From: Octopus sinensis
Lineage: Eukaryota
Assembly: GCF_006345805.1 (NCBI RefSeq)
Contig: NC_043004.1
Location: 87,606,001 to 87,670,000 of the forward strand
DNA: 64,000 nucleotides
Direction: 5' to 3'
The stretch's first letter is position 1. Each line of letters begins with the position of its first letter. The notes under the pieces were generated by a model that was not told the origin of the DNA, made no database searches, and saw only the letters and a list, made by a program, of their open reading frames with translations. The position numbers were made by a program, and so were the translations under genes. Shown piece after piece: positions 12,001 through 24,024 of this stretch.

Positions 12001-13067
12001 ACTTAAGACTAACAACCTCAATCAGAAAACAAGATTGTTATGGAAACCGCAATTATTTCAACTCAAGGTATTGCTCTTTACAAATTGTGTTTATGTATAT
12101 AATCTTCTTTTTAGATAACTCTATAACTTATATGCCTTGAATGAATATAACTAGCAAGTTTCTATCCTAAGGTACTCTTTCTTCTTGTGTTTTATTCTAC
12201 TTAGACACACACACACGCAAAAGAAGAGCCAAGAAAATACATGTTGGTTTGCTATAATAAAATGAATGCTATAAATGAAATAAAATAATATAATTTTGAA
12301 TCAATTTCTTCTACATAAATGTACATATAAACAGAAGAATGTATAATAAAATGGTTGTTATAATCCAAAATGCTAAGTGCTACAAAATATCTGTAAAGTT
12401 AAAATAAAAGTAGAAGTAAAACTCTGTAAAAAAAAAAAAATTAAAAAAGTAAAAAACAAAAAAAAACCTCCTCCAAGATGCTCAAAGAAAAAAGTTACTT
12501 TTAAGAAAATACTTTCAATATCACTTTGACACAATAAAGCTGCTTTATCGAACTTAATTTCTAGTAAGACGAGAGTTAGATCTTTTAAAGTAAAGTATTA
12601 ATTGTACACAGCAGAAGCTTTAGAAAATTCTTGCTAAGATAGATGAAAGTATTGCTGATCATAAACTGTGAGCAATGTGTTTATAAGGGAAGAATTTTGT
12701 ATTTGCATTATTGGATTCTTGAAGAGTAAGAGATAGATTGCTACTACTTATAATAATCTTACTAAGAAATCTTTTATGATGAATGGTGCGACATGACAGT
12801 TCTAAATCAGAAAGATGCGAAAGAGCTCAAGTAGTCAGGGAAGCTTAGTTGATATACTGATGACATTAAGCTATCAACCATACTTCAATGTTGTTTAAGA
12901 TGAAATGTACATTCTCCAAAATATTCATAACAAAAGTATATCAAGCAGAAGGAATTTCAGTAGAACCAAATTGAAAGTATTCAATATAGAATAACATTCA
13001 TTAAAACACTTCAAATTATACAATTCACAGAAGATTCAATATGACTGTACAGGACAAGCAAATTTGT

Positions 13068-13435
13068 ATGGTTAAGAAGCTTGCTTAGCAACTACATGAT
13101 TTCAGTTTCATTCTTGCTGCATGGTAACTTGGACAAGTGTTTTCTACCATAGCTCTGGGCTGGCTAATGCCTTGTGAGTGACTTTGGTAGACAGAAAATG
13201 TGTAGAAGCCTTTCATATTTATAGAAGTATGTGTGTATTGGTGTTTGCCTCACCCCCATTGTATAACAAACAGTGTTGGTTTGATTATGTTCCAACAGCT
13301 TAGGGGTTCAGCAAAATGACCTATAGAATAAGGACCAGACTTAAAAATATGTACTGGGGTCAATTTATTCAACTAAACCCTTCAGTGTGGCACCTCAACA
13401 AGGCCACAGTCCAATGACTGAAACAAGTAAAAGAC
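13068..13435 (+). mobile_element. SINE, head A + core + tail X
   Basis: Collinear with 17103-17479; ends gtccaatgactgaaacaagtaaaag. Confidence 0.88.
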
Positions 13436-14480
13436 ATACATCTGATTCAAAGAATTAAAGCTTTTGAGAGCAATAATTGCTACTAGTTTTGCAATTATTA
13501 GGAGTCAAATCATTTTTATCTGGTTCCTTTTCTTTTCTATACAAATTACTTACTGCGCTTTAAAAAACTTATTTTCTATACTTTGTAATGGAAATGATTT
13601 CCGAATCTAGAAATTAATACATTTCTAAACTTGGTCCATTTTTTTCCTTAGAAAATTCTACTTTTATGTTTTACATAGGTCATTAATACAAAAGTCAACA
13701 CAACATTTAAATCTATTATAATTTTAAGCCTATTTCTTATTATCAATTAGAATATTTTAATACTATGTTGAATGCAGAAGTCACAGAAAAATGAATTGGT
13801 CTGCTGGATGTGTAATATCAATTTCTAAAAAAGACCGAGTACAATTGAGAAAACGGTTATACATCAGAGGTTTTGGCTAATGTATATGGATTTGGCTAAG
13901 CTAGTATGTACAAGAAATGTAAATAGTTCCTTCTGTATGAAAATATGTTTTGTGTGTATGGTATTGTAACAAAGACCTCTGAACATCTAGAAGGTCATAT
14001 CAGAGAATGCAGAAATGAGACAGCACAACATCAAAACAACTGGATAATTGATATGTTGCAGATTGATCAGGTGATCTATCTGTCTATCTCACACTGCAGG
14101 CATTAAAACAATAATGACAATAATGATGTTGATTGTGATGGTGAAAATCTCACATTTTGCTTTGTTTGCAATGGATACTATACCTTTCACACAGACATTT
14201 TTTCTACATCTTTAAAGTGACTGAATCATGCTTATATGTCAATTGTTTAATCATACTATCTTTTCTAGTGATACTGATTCCACCTTTATGTTGACAATTC
14301 GAAATTAAATTGATAAAAATCTTATCATATGGTAACTATCAGAAAAAATTTGCAGCAGCCTTAAGCTATAAAATTATTGACGTCTTAGAAGACATCAAGT
14401 ATAAAATTCAATCATTTTGTATAACAGTTAGAACATCAAATTTAGATGTTATTGAAGATTAAATACATTAAGTGTTACTA

Positions 14481-14650
14481 TGGTTGTGTGGTTGAGAAAC
14501 TTGCTTTCCAACCATGTTTTCTTAGGTTCAGTTTCACTATGCAGCACCTTGAGCAAGTGTCTTCAACTACAGCCCCAGGCCAACCAAAGCTTTGTGAGTG
14601 GATTTGGAAGACTAAAACTGAAAGAAATCCATCATGCATATATTTATGTA
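14481..14650 (+). mobile_element. SINE, head A + core (3' truncated)
   Basis: ggttgtgtggttgagaaacttgc..caccttgagcaagtgtcttcaactacagcc..gtgagtggatttgg. Confidence 0.85.
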
Positions 14651-15292
14651 AGTAGGTGCAGCCTTGTCTTGACACTGTGTGATGGTTGTAAATAAGTATC
14701 ACCACCATACAAATGATGCTGCTCATTTGTAGTTTTCCATAGAAACTTCGAGTATCTTAAATGTAATTGACCATATTTAACTCATTCTTTTCCAACTGTG
14801 ACTTGTCTTCTGACTTATCTATCCAAGTTTTATTACTATACAGTGTCATATCTATAATATATCTATTATATTGTCTTGTACAAAAGAGAGTTCTTTTTTA
14901 TTGCCAAACAGGAAAGTACTTTTATAAAGCAGACATGCTTTAGTGAGTCCTCTGATAATACCTTAATCTTAGCCATGTTCAGTCACATAGAGTAATTACT
15001 TTCCTGTATGAAATAATTGGCTAAAAATGTAGCATGAACCCAGCCAATGATTTAAACAGCTAAATAACTACCTCAGACTATCATAAAGTTGCCTATATTT
15101 AATACTCTTATTACTTTTATCAAGATAATATAAGATGATGTTATGATTAGCTATTTTACCTTGCAGCATCAGAAATTATATTCAACACAATTGTCAGATA
15201 AATAAGTTGGTTCTCAGTTGGTTTCCCTGACAGTAGTTTTTTCTCAAGAGAAAATACTTAAAATATAGGCTTTGCCTCATCACCAGTACCAC

Positions 15293-15565
15293 CATCATCA
15301 TGTAGCATGCACTTTTCCATGCTTGCATGTGTTAGACAGAATTTGTTGAGGAAGATTGTCTACAGCTGGATGTCCTCCTTGTCAATAACCTTCACTTATT
15401 TCCAGATAAGATGATATTTCCCATAGCTAGATAAGTATTTCATGGAAAACTGAAAATGAACAATCTTGCTTGTATGATGGTGATGCTCACAAGGTTTTGG
15501 TCAGCCCAGGGTTGTAGAACCCACTTACACAAAGTGCCTTTTACTATAGCCCCAGGTCAACCTTA
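15293..15565 (-). mobile_element. SINE tail Y + core fragment (internally deleted)
   Basis: Similar to 26229-26630: catcatcat..cacttttccatgcttgcatgtg..gctggatgtcctcc..cttgcttgtatgatggtg. Confidence 0.75.
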
Positions 15566-16247
15566 TGTATAGTTAAGTGACGAGTCACTAATAACATTAG
15601 CATAATTTCACAATAATACTGAATCCATCCAAAAAGCATTTTTTCATTTCTTCCCCCACCAAGAAACTTACAGAACAAAAGGCTTTTATGAATTTGTTTG
15701 GAGAGGCAATAGGTGCTTTTTTTTCAAAGGCAGTACTGTGGATGCTCATTATTTAGAAGTTGATTAAAATATAATTGGATTTATTCTTCATATTTTACAC
15801 CCATTTTCATGAATATAATCAATATTCCTTCCTTCATAAATGAGATAAAAAAAAAGGCACAGAGCTGTTTCCAACTGCTATTGATTTTTAAAATGAAAAC
15901 AAACCCTTATATATTGGAAATAAGGTGTAGCTTGTGTGCTACAAAACCTGTTAAAAAGTAGTGATATTTTTGATGCAGTTTAATCATGTAAAGTTGCATG
16001 TGCAAAAGAAACCTGCATATTCAAAAGGAATAGTTAGTAAAATTTAAATTCTATAGCAATTCTAAAAGATTCATAACACATTTGAAAGACTCTTTAATGA
16101 AGAAACACTGTTTAGATTTTCTTATAACACATTACATTACAATACCCACACACACACATAAACATATATATATACAATATATGCAGCTATGTATATATCA
16201 TGTTTGTGTGTGTGTGTGCACACACAAATATACACCATTGTTGTTTT

Positions 16248-16680
16248 AATGCTCACTTTTCCAAGCTTACATGGGTCAATGTGTTTGTAGTAAAGGAGTT
16301 TATTATGGCTGGATGCCCTTCCTGATGTCAACTATCTGTTTCCAAGTGAGGTAAAAATCTAGCAGTCTATCAAACAATAAACAGCCTCGATATGTTTACA
16401 TGAAGAACTGGAGTCAAATGTGCATTTTGTTTATAAAGATCACACAGCACATGAAGACATCAAGAAACTTAGAAATGCTTCCATAGTAGGCTGCAAGCAA
16501 ATGACACTAACAGTGAAGCCCCTGTTTACGAACCAGATAACACATACAGAGATTTAAGTCATAAACTCTCTCTCAAAAACACACACATACACACATTTAT
16601 ATATACAGTAGGCTTCTTTCAGTTTCTATCTGCCAAATCCAATTGCAAGGCTTGTAGAAGATACTTGCCCAAGGTGCCAT
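16248..16680 (-). mobile_element. SINE tail Y + core fragment
   Basis: cacttttccaagcttacatgggtc..ggctggatgcccttcctgatgtcaac...gtagaagatacttgcccaaggtgcca. Confidence 0.7.
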
Positions 16681-17102
16681 TCCCTCCTACTATCATCCAC
16701 AATTTAGGAGTTTTCCCTATTTATTTTCCAAGGTTTTGACTTTTTCAGTGTATTCTTAAATCTGCCCTTATAACTTAATTTTGGTTTGCCTGCTAGTCTT
16801 TCACCCTGGGCTAACTCACCATACATAAATTGCTTAGAAATCTTATCATGATCATTGTTATGATTAGTAGACTGAATTCATTTGAGGAATTGAATACCAC
16901 TAACATGCATTTACCATTAGATAACCAGTACAGAGCAGAGACCTTTTCATGTGTCACTGATAAGTCACCCTATGAAGACAATGCAATTTTTGTAGATCTT
17001 CAACTTTGTCTCAATTCATGCTAAGACCATAAATATCTATCCAATTTTCCAAATGCATCACTAGCTTTCTTGATTCAGAGGTCATATACACATAAATTCA
17101 TA

Positions 17103-17479
17103 CATAGCTGTGTGGTAAGAAGCTTGCTTCTCAACCACATGGTCCTGGGTTCAGTCCCACTGCATGACACCTTGTGCAAGTGTCTTTTACCATAGCCTCA
17201 GGCTGACCAAAGCCTTGTGAGAGGATTTGGTAGACAGGATTTGTATATATAAATCTATGTGTGTGTGTGCGTGTCTTTGTTTGTCCCTTCACCATTGCTT
17301 GACAACAAGTGTTGGTGTGTTTGTGTTCCCATAACTTAGCGGTTGGGCAAAAAAAACCCTGATAGAATAAGTACCAGGTTTAAAAAATAAGTACTGGGGT
17401 CAATTCATTTGACTAAAAAAAATTTAAGGTGGTGACCCAGCATGACTGCAGTCAAATGACTGAAACAAGTAAAAGATAA
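17103..17479 (+). mobile_element. tRNA/CORE-type SINE (head A + core + tail X), best preserved copy
   Basis: Head gctgtgtggtaagaagcttgcttctcaaccacatggtcctgggttcagtcccactg; core caccttgtgcaagtgtcttttaccatagcc (CCTTGGGCAAG-like, as in CORE SINEs); internal (TG)n; tail gatagaataagtaccagg..gactgaaacaagtaaaag. Confidence 0.9.
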
Positions 17480-17657
17480 ATATATATATATATATATATA
17501 TATTTAATATTTTGGACTAAAGGTTATATGTTGATTAGTGTGTTGAAGTGTTTAGTAGGGCACTGGCACAGTTTAGGCTACCTGGAGTCATCCACAGTCG
17601 GGGTATATTACTGTTGGATCTACTTCAGGAACTCCGCAGTGTTGGTTGAGATAATAA

Positions 17658-18050
17658 TAATAATTTCTTATGTAACCAGAAGATGGGTTTGGTATTAATC
17701 TTTATTTTGTACAATGGTTGTTTTGACCTATCTTGCTACTGTCCCTTATGGGTAGGACTCCTTTCAAAATGTTGTATTGTATCAATTCTGCAGTCTGGGT
17801 CTCATGAGGTACATCCATACATAAAGTTGTGTCTCACTAGAGATCCTGAGTTTTGGCTGTCATGTTGTTATATACCAGTCTGGTTAGGGAATCTTTATGT
17901 ATGGATGTACCTCATGAGACCCAGACTGCAAAATGGATGCAACACGTTGAACAGAGTCCCACCCATAAGGGACAGTAGCAGTTGAAACAACCGTTGTATA
18001 AAATAAAGATTAATACCAAATCCATCTTCTCGTTACTTAAGAAATTATTA
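17658..18050. repeat. Fold-back element: ~160-170-bp inverted arms with a 66-nt spacer
   Basis: 17789-17826 is the exact reverse complement of 17893-17930 (38 bp). Pairing continues with scattered mismatches and indels out to taataatttctta / taagaaattatta. Confidence 0.92.
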
Positions 18051-18246
18051 ATATTATATATATATATATATATATATTAATGTTTGTTTCCATATGAAGT
18101 CATGTACAAAGACAATTTAAAATTAAATTGAAGAATTACTTGATTCTCTTTAGTAAAGTACATGCTTATGAAACTTTTACAAGAGGGATGACAGCAACTT
18201 TTAAGCTTTGGCCAGCCTTCATTGAACAGTATACAAGCATGCATGC

Positions 18247-18253
<7 letters not shown>

Positions 18254-18292
<39 letters not shown>
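18254..18292. repeat. (TG)n microsatellite
   Basis: Direct reading. Confidence 0.95.
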
Positions 18293-18295
<3 letters not shown>

Positions 18296-19121
18296 TGTGC
18301 AGATAGATAGATAGCTAGATAGATATGTGTGTGTGTATGTGTGCATACAGACTCATAAACATATAAATATAGATAGATACACATATACATACACTTATAT
18401 ACATATCATCAGTATCATGATTGCTTTAACATCCACTTTTCCATTCTTGAATGGCTCAAATATATTGAGATAGAATTTTTATGGTCAATACTCTGTTACC
18501 AATCTTTTTCTAAGTAAGGTAACATTTTCCCCATGGGCAGTGAGGTTTTCATGGAGGATTGGAAGCAATCCAAACCGCTTGTACACAAACAGAAAAACAT
18601 ATATACGCACATGATAATTTCCATTTATGAAATCTACTTACAAAGTTTTGTTTAGTGTGGGGGGCCCAAGATGCAATATAATGGGACTGAACCTAAAACA
18701 ATGTAATGAGGAAGCAAACTTTTTATCAGACTGTTATACACACACACACACACACACACACAATCTTTCCCCATTTTCACTTCACCAACAATTTAAAGAA
18801 CAAATCAATGAAATTAATTTCAATCCACTTATTGTGACCAGCCTTCATGGCTATAGAATGGATAAATAAATAAATAATATAGTCAAGTTCTGTATAATGC
18901 TGTGCCATAAAATGAAGAAAAGGGTAACATTTCAGATAGGTACTTTATAACAGGAAGTGTCCAGCCTAAAATATTAATCTTCACATCCTCTATCACTAGA
19001 GTGTATCCCACTTCAGTTTCTTTTCTCCATTCCTGTTGTTGATGGTTCAATCCATATGCAGTCTATCAGAACATGTAGTTACACAAATGATTTGGCTATG
19101 ACAAAGTTTATTTTCATATAT

Positions 19122-19496
19122 CCTTTATCAGTTACTTGTTCCAGTCAATATAGTGCAGTTATGCTGGGCATCACCTTCAACAAATCAAGCCCAGTACTTA
19201 TTTCTTTTAATCAGGTACTTATTCTATCAGTCTCTTCTGCCGAACAGCTAAATCATGGGGACACAAACAAACCAACATCGGTTGTCAAGTGGTGGAGATG
19301 AGACAAACAGAAACATACATAGATATATATACACACACAGCAGGCTTCTACACAGTTTCCATTTACCAAATTCCCTAACAAGGCATTGGTCAGTCTGGGT
19401 CATACAGTAGAAGATACTTGTCCAAGGTGCAGTATAGTAGGACTGAACCCAAGACCAAATGGTTGGCAAGCAAGCTTCTTAATTACAGTCATGCCT
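19122..19496 (-). mobile_element. SINE, head A + core + tail X
   Basis: Full-length reverse complement of the 17103 family. Confidence 0.88.
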
Positions 19497-21133
19497 ATAT
19501 ATATGAGAATACAAATGTAAGATTGATTTATTTTCAAATAAATTCCTTTTATTAAGAATACCAAACTTAAATTCCAAACAAGCTACTTTCAAATTATCAA
19601 CAGTTAGACTTGGTCAGTCAAACTTTCAACCAGCTTCCCAGGCTGCTAATGTCCAATACATTAGGCTAAACTGACATTTTTGAATAGTTAGTTGCTATAG
19701 TACTGTTTATTTTATATTTATTGATTTCTATGAATAAAAGAGGTTTCTTTAGTAACTATGGGGAACTATATATATATTTCCAACAACAGATTTAGTCATA
19801 CATTTCTACACTATTAGTTTCAGACATGTTACGTTTCCTGTTTTTCTTTCAGTGGGAGTATAAAAAAAAATTATTTCTGTTCACTGTTTGTGAGTATTTT
19901 TCAGGTTTACCAGCTGGAAATGTAAGCTCAGCATATTCTTTATATAAGCAGGACCACTATTACCAAATGAATCTGATTAAGAAATGATGTAGGGGAATTT
20001 TTTTTTAAAATGAAGGAACAGTAAGGAGGCTTTATAGTAAGATCTATTTACCAGGTCTGATTACCTAGGTTTATAAAGTATGCTACTTACATGTTGAGTG
20101 GGTGGTACAGGAATTCTCAAGTAGAAACCTTTCAGCTCTAAGTGCTCTGCAAATGGAGGTAACCCTCAGTGCATTTACAGACACACAAAAAAAACTTAAA
20201 TAATTTGTATTGAAGGTTAAGATATTTTAAATAAATATAACCAGTGATATGTTTTTTTTTATTAGTTTTAGAATCATGAATAAAAAAAGAGGGTTATAAA
20301 TAACCAACAATTTAATTTTTTTGTTCCCCATGGAAAAAAAAACAGAAGTTCTTTAGACTAGCAACTACTAATTTTACTAAGATTTTAAATAATTTTAATT
20401 AATCAAATTGTAAAATAACTTGCTTAATTTCAGAATTGGTGATTATTATCTAATTAGATCATTTCTAATTCTGGAATCAACAAAGTTATCTTATACATTG
20501 TAAAATTTACATTGTTTACATATTAGCAAAACTAATTGTAACATTGTGGTTGTGGATAAAGTTATCTGAGTACTAACTAAATAAGTAAATTCTGTTTTAC
20601 TGTAATAAGATAGTATACAATTATATTATTTTATATTAAGTTATCAAGGATGTAGAATACAAACATACATATCTTTCAATATTAACTGGGCAGAAATAGA
20701 TAACTTTAAATGTTGTTATAAAGAATGTTATTATTTTTTTTGTTAATTAAAACTTTAGTTTTAGATATTAAAACTTTAGAGAACTACTTACATGGGTTAT
20801 TTCTGTTATAAACTAAGATTAAATTAAAAGTGTGTGTATATTATTTTTTAAAGTTGAAATTATACAGAAATAATTAAATAATAACAGCCATAATAGGAAA
20901 GCCCAGTTAGATATTAATTATTTATTTTATCAGCTTAACAGAAAAGATGCTAACAGCATAATGAAAATCAGTGAAGAATGAGGATGTATAAAAGTATTAA
21001 GAGGGAGATGTTACAACACGTGTGCATTTTATACTGGATTACATTTGCTATTTTTTAATGTTGTGTAGCTGCAACATTTTCAGTAGCAGATGATAGGATA
21101 GGGCTGGCAGATAGACGAAAGAAAAGAAGAAAT

Positions 21134-21447
21134 GCGGAAGTAAATGAAAGGCTACCAGAGCTGTTTGGTATTAGTAATAATAGGGTGTAGAAGGCAAGAT
21201 ATTTAACAAGGGTTGATTCTTCAGCTATGGGATGAAAGGGAATATGAGCTTTTAAGTTGCTATTCAATGAGAGGATGCGTTATAAAAATATGTTAATGAG
21301 AGCTACAAGCATGAACAAGCACTGAAATTTTTAGCATAAACATTATCACCAAACTGACTATTAACAAATGTACCAAAAAAATTAATGTCTATAACCACAC
21401 CTGTATTACATATATAAGAGAACTGTATAGAAGCATATAGCGGAAGT
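21134..21447 (+). promoter_or_regulatory. Two identical ETS-type GCGGAAGT motifs in the putative SLC10 promoter
   Basis: GCGGAAGT at 21134-21141 and 21440-21447, about 700 and 390 nt upstream of the ATG, in otherwise CpG-poor DNA. Confidence 0.3.
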
Positions 21448-21803
21448 TAGAAATGGTTTTGTTTTCAATAGCATCGCAATAAACATATACCACGAGTACA
21501 GTCCTAGTAAATGAGAATGCTGCTACAATTTAGTAGTGCCTGTCACATGGATCATCAGCATTGACTGTTGCAGCATCCAAGGCCATTAATGTGTCCCTGA
21601 CTTGCACTATGTTTGGTCTGCTAAGCTAGACCATATCTCTCTCTTTCTCACTCACTTACTCTCTCTATCTCCCACTGCTATCACTAGAGGGATCAGCAGC
21701 AGCAGCAGTAGTTAGTAGCTGGATAGCAGCAGTAGTTATAAGAGTTGCAGGCAGTGGGGGGTAAGTTTAGAGAAGCAAGAGGACAGGATAGAACTACAGC
21801 CGT

Positions 21804-21842
21804 ATGGGCACTAGCAACGTGGTTTGTCAAGCATGGACATGA
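21804..21842 (+). promoter_or_regulatory. 12-codon out-of-frame uORF (MGTSNVVCQAWT*) overlapping the SLC10 start
   Basis: ATG at 21804 and TGA at 21840-21842. It spans the main ATG at 21833, and its stop overlaps the second in-frame ATG at 21839. It is only functional if the TSS lies upstream of 21804, which is not shown. Confidence 0.5.
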
Positions 21843-22243
21843 CAGCAACTTATGTCCCTCGGGCAGAGAGCATTAACCTCACCTCTGTGGAGTTACTTTT
21901 AGAGGTAGGTAGTGGTGGTGCAGGGGTGCTATCACCAGCTGCTGCAGCAGCAGCTTCCATGGACAGAATGACAACTACCACTATCTTCAGTACGTCTGGG
22001 CTCCACTCATCTCAGGTACAAGCTATTTCTGTTGGTTCCCAGAAAAATGTTCCTCACCTGGCATCTGTCATCAGGAAGTCACGAGTATCTGATGTTGTCT
22101 TTGATTATTCTATTGCTGCTGTTGGCATTATTATTACCTTTGGACTTGGAGCCATGACTGATGTGGCTAGTCTTAAACATCAGTTAAAGTATCCTGTGCC
22201 TCTAGTAATTGGATTTATTGTACAGTTTTTGTTAAACCCTTTG
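21833..22243 (+). CDS. SLC10-family (bile acid:Na+ symporter fold) transporter, coding exon 1 (aa 1-137)
   Basis: The first in-frame ATG is at 21833, with an in-frame TAG upstream at 21812. A Ser/Thr/Ala-rich N-terminus with an N-L-T sequon at N15 is followed by FDYSIAAVGIIITFGLG...LKHQLKYPVPLVIGFIVQFLLNPL, matching SLC10 TM1-TM2 (cf. ASBT QFGIMPL). The exon ends at a GTAAGT donor at 22244, phase 0. The ORF-track read-through past 22243 is intron. Confidence 0.92.
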
Positions 22244-22959
22244 GTAAGTGAGAGACTTATTACTTCTAACATTATTCAAATCATATTCACTCCTTTATGC
22301 TACCTCCCTTCCACTCTCTCTTTCATTACTGTTAACTCACAAAATAAAATAAAAAATAAAATAAAAATTATGCACATGTCTATTATTATTCAGTATTATA
22401 TTCCATTCAAATGTCAACATATCTCAGAGAAACAAATTTACAATGAGGTAAAACAAAGAAACCTGACACTATAGCATTAAGGTGAAATAATTCTATGGAA
22501 GGAATAGTTCTAATCAAAAACAAAAGTGTATCAGAATAGATTTATAAATCTATCTATCTATCTGTGTGTGTGTGTATTATATATATATATATATATATAT
22601 ATAGTATTTTGATAACATCCAAATACTGATATTATGTTTACATTTTTGTGATATAACCCAATATCAGTTCGTTTGGAACTACATAATTAAACAATACCTA
22701 TTTTTTTTTATAAAATTAAATTATCTTTGTTATTAAACAAAAATTCAAATGAATATTTGAAATTATATGACCTCTCCCTTATCCATACATCTCAACAGGC
22801 TATTTTATTTTAGGGTGTACTATTTACAATTTTTAGAACTTAATGTTATATCATATATACATACATACATATATATATCTATATCTATCTATCTATATAT
22901 ATACACACACATACATATATATATAATCACTGTTACTATAATAATAATAACAACAAAAA

Positions 22960-23181
22960 CAACAATTCTTGCTATGATAGGCACAAGCCTGAAATTTGGT
23001 GGGAGGAGGCTAGCTGATTACATCAATCCCAGTGTACAACTGGTACTTATTTTATCGACCTCAAAAGGATGAAAGATAAAGTCGACCTCAGCGGAATTTG
23101 AACACAGAATGTAAAAATGGATGAAATGCCGTTAAGCATTTTGCCCAGTGTGCTAATTTTTCTGCTAGCTTGCTACCTTAT
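22960..23181 (-). mobile_element. SINE of a second family (head B)
   Basis: Read in sense: aaggtagcaagctagcagaa..ttagcacactgggcaaaatgc..gttcaaattccgctgaggtcgactttatctttcatcc..gataaaataagtaccag, with a B-box-like gttcaaattcc. Confidence 0.8.
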
Positions 23182-24024
23182 AGTAATAATAATAATAAAT
23201 AATAATAATAATTTTGGCACTAACAATTATAACAACACATTGTTACTGTAATAAACACTTTAAATGATATGTAATTTGAAAAGTTTTATAAAGTTAGGTT
23301 ACTTGGCATTTTCTCAAAATTTGTAAGTAATTTTCTATCAAGTATTTCAGAATGAAAAAAAAAAGTCTCCTAAATTTAAGAAGCCTCAGTTTCCATAATT
23401 AAACTAATAATAGGTATTAAATTATAAATATATTCTTCATCAACTGTGCTTTGTCATTTAACAAAGTACATTGGAATATTTTTAGGTAAGACTATCAGAA
23501 AGTGTCATTTAAGTTACACTGAAAAACCTCTAACTTAAATGATTATAATAAAATCCATTTTGATTAATAATATTAATAACAACCCATTTTCTGAACACTT
23601 AATAATCATAACACTCACATCTTAGGTTTACATCTTGCAATGTCAAGCAACTTCAGTGTGTGTGCATGCATGTGTGTATGAGTGTCTATGAGTGTGCGCA
23701 CACACACGTGTGTGTGTGACTGTGTGAAGACTGAAAAATGTTTGTTTACAAATGAAGGAAAAATATTTAGAGTGTAAAGTAGAATGTTTATATTTTATTA
23801 CAAGCTGAGGTTTCTTAAGTCACACACACACACACACACACAAGGTATATATATATATATATAAACCATATATATGCATTTATATAATCATATAGGCATG
23901 CTATCTATCAGTAGTGTCCATATCTATCCACATAGTTATCTAATAGCCACCCTCTATACTTTTGTTAGGATATAGATGTCTATAGCATTAAAAGATTGCT
24001 ATATAGTATTCTATGTTATTCTAA

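Noticed and set aside
22244-22474. C-terminal 77 aa of track ORF 21824-22474
   Set aside because: Intron read-through. A GTAAGT donor at 22244 and gapless SLC10 continuation in exon 2 explain the true structure.
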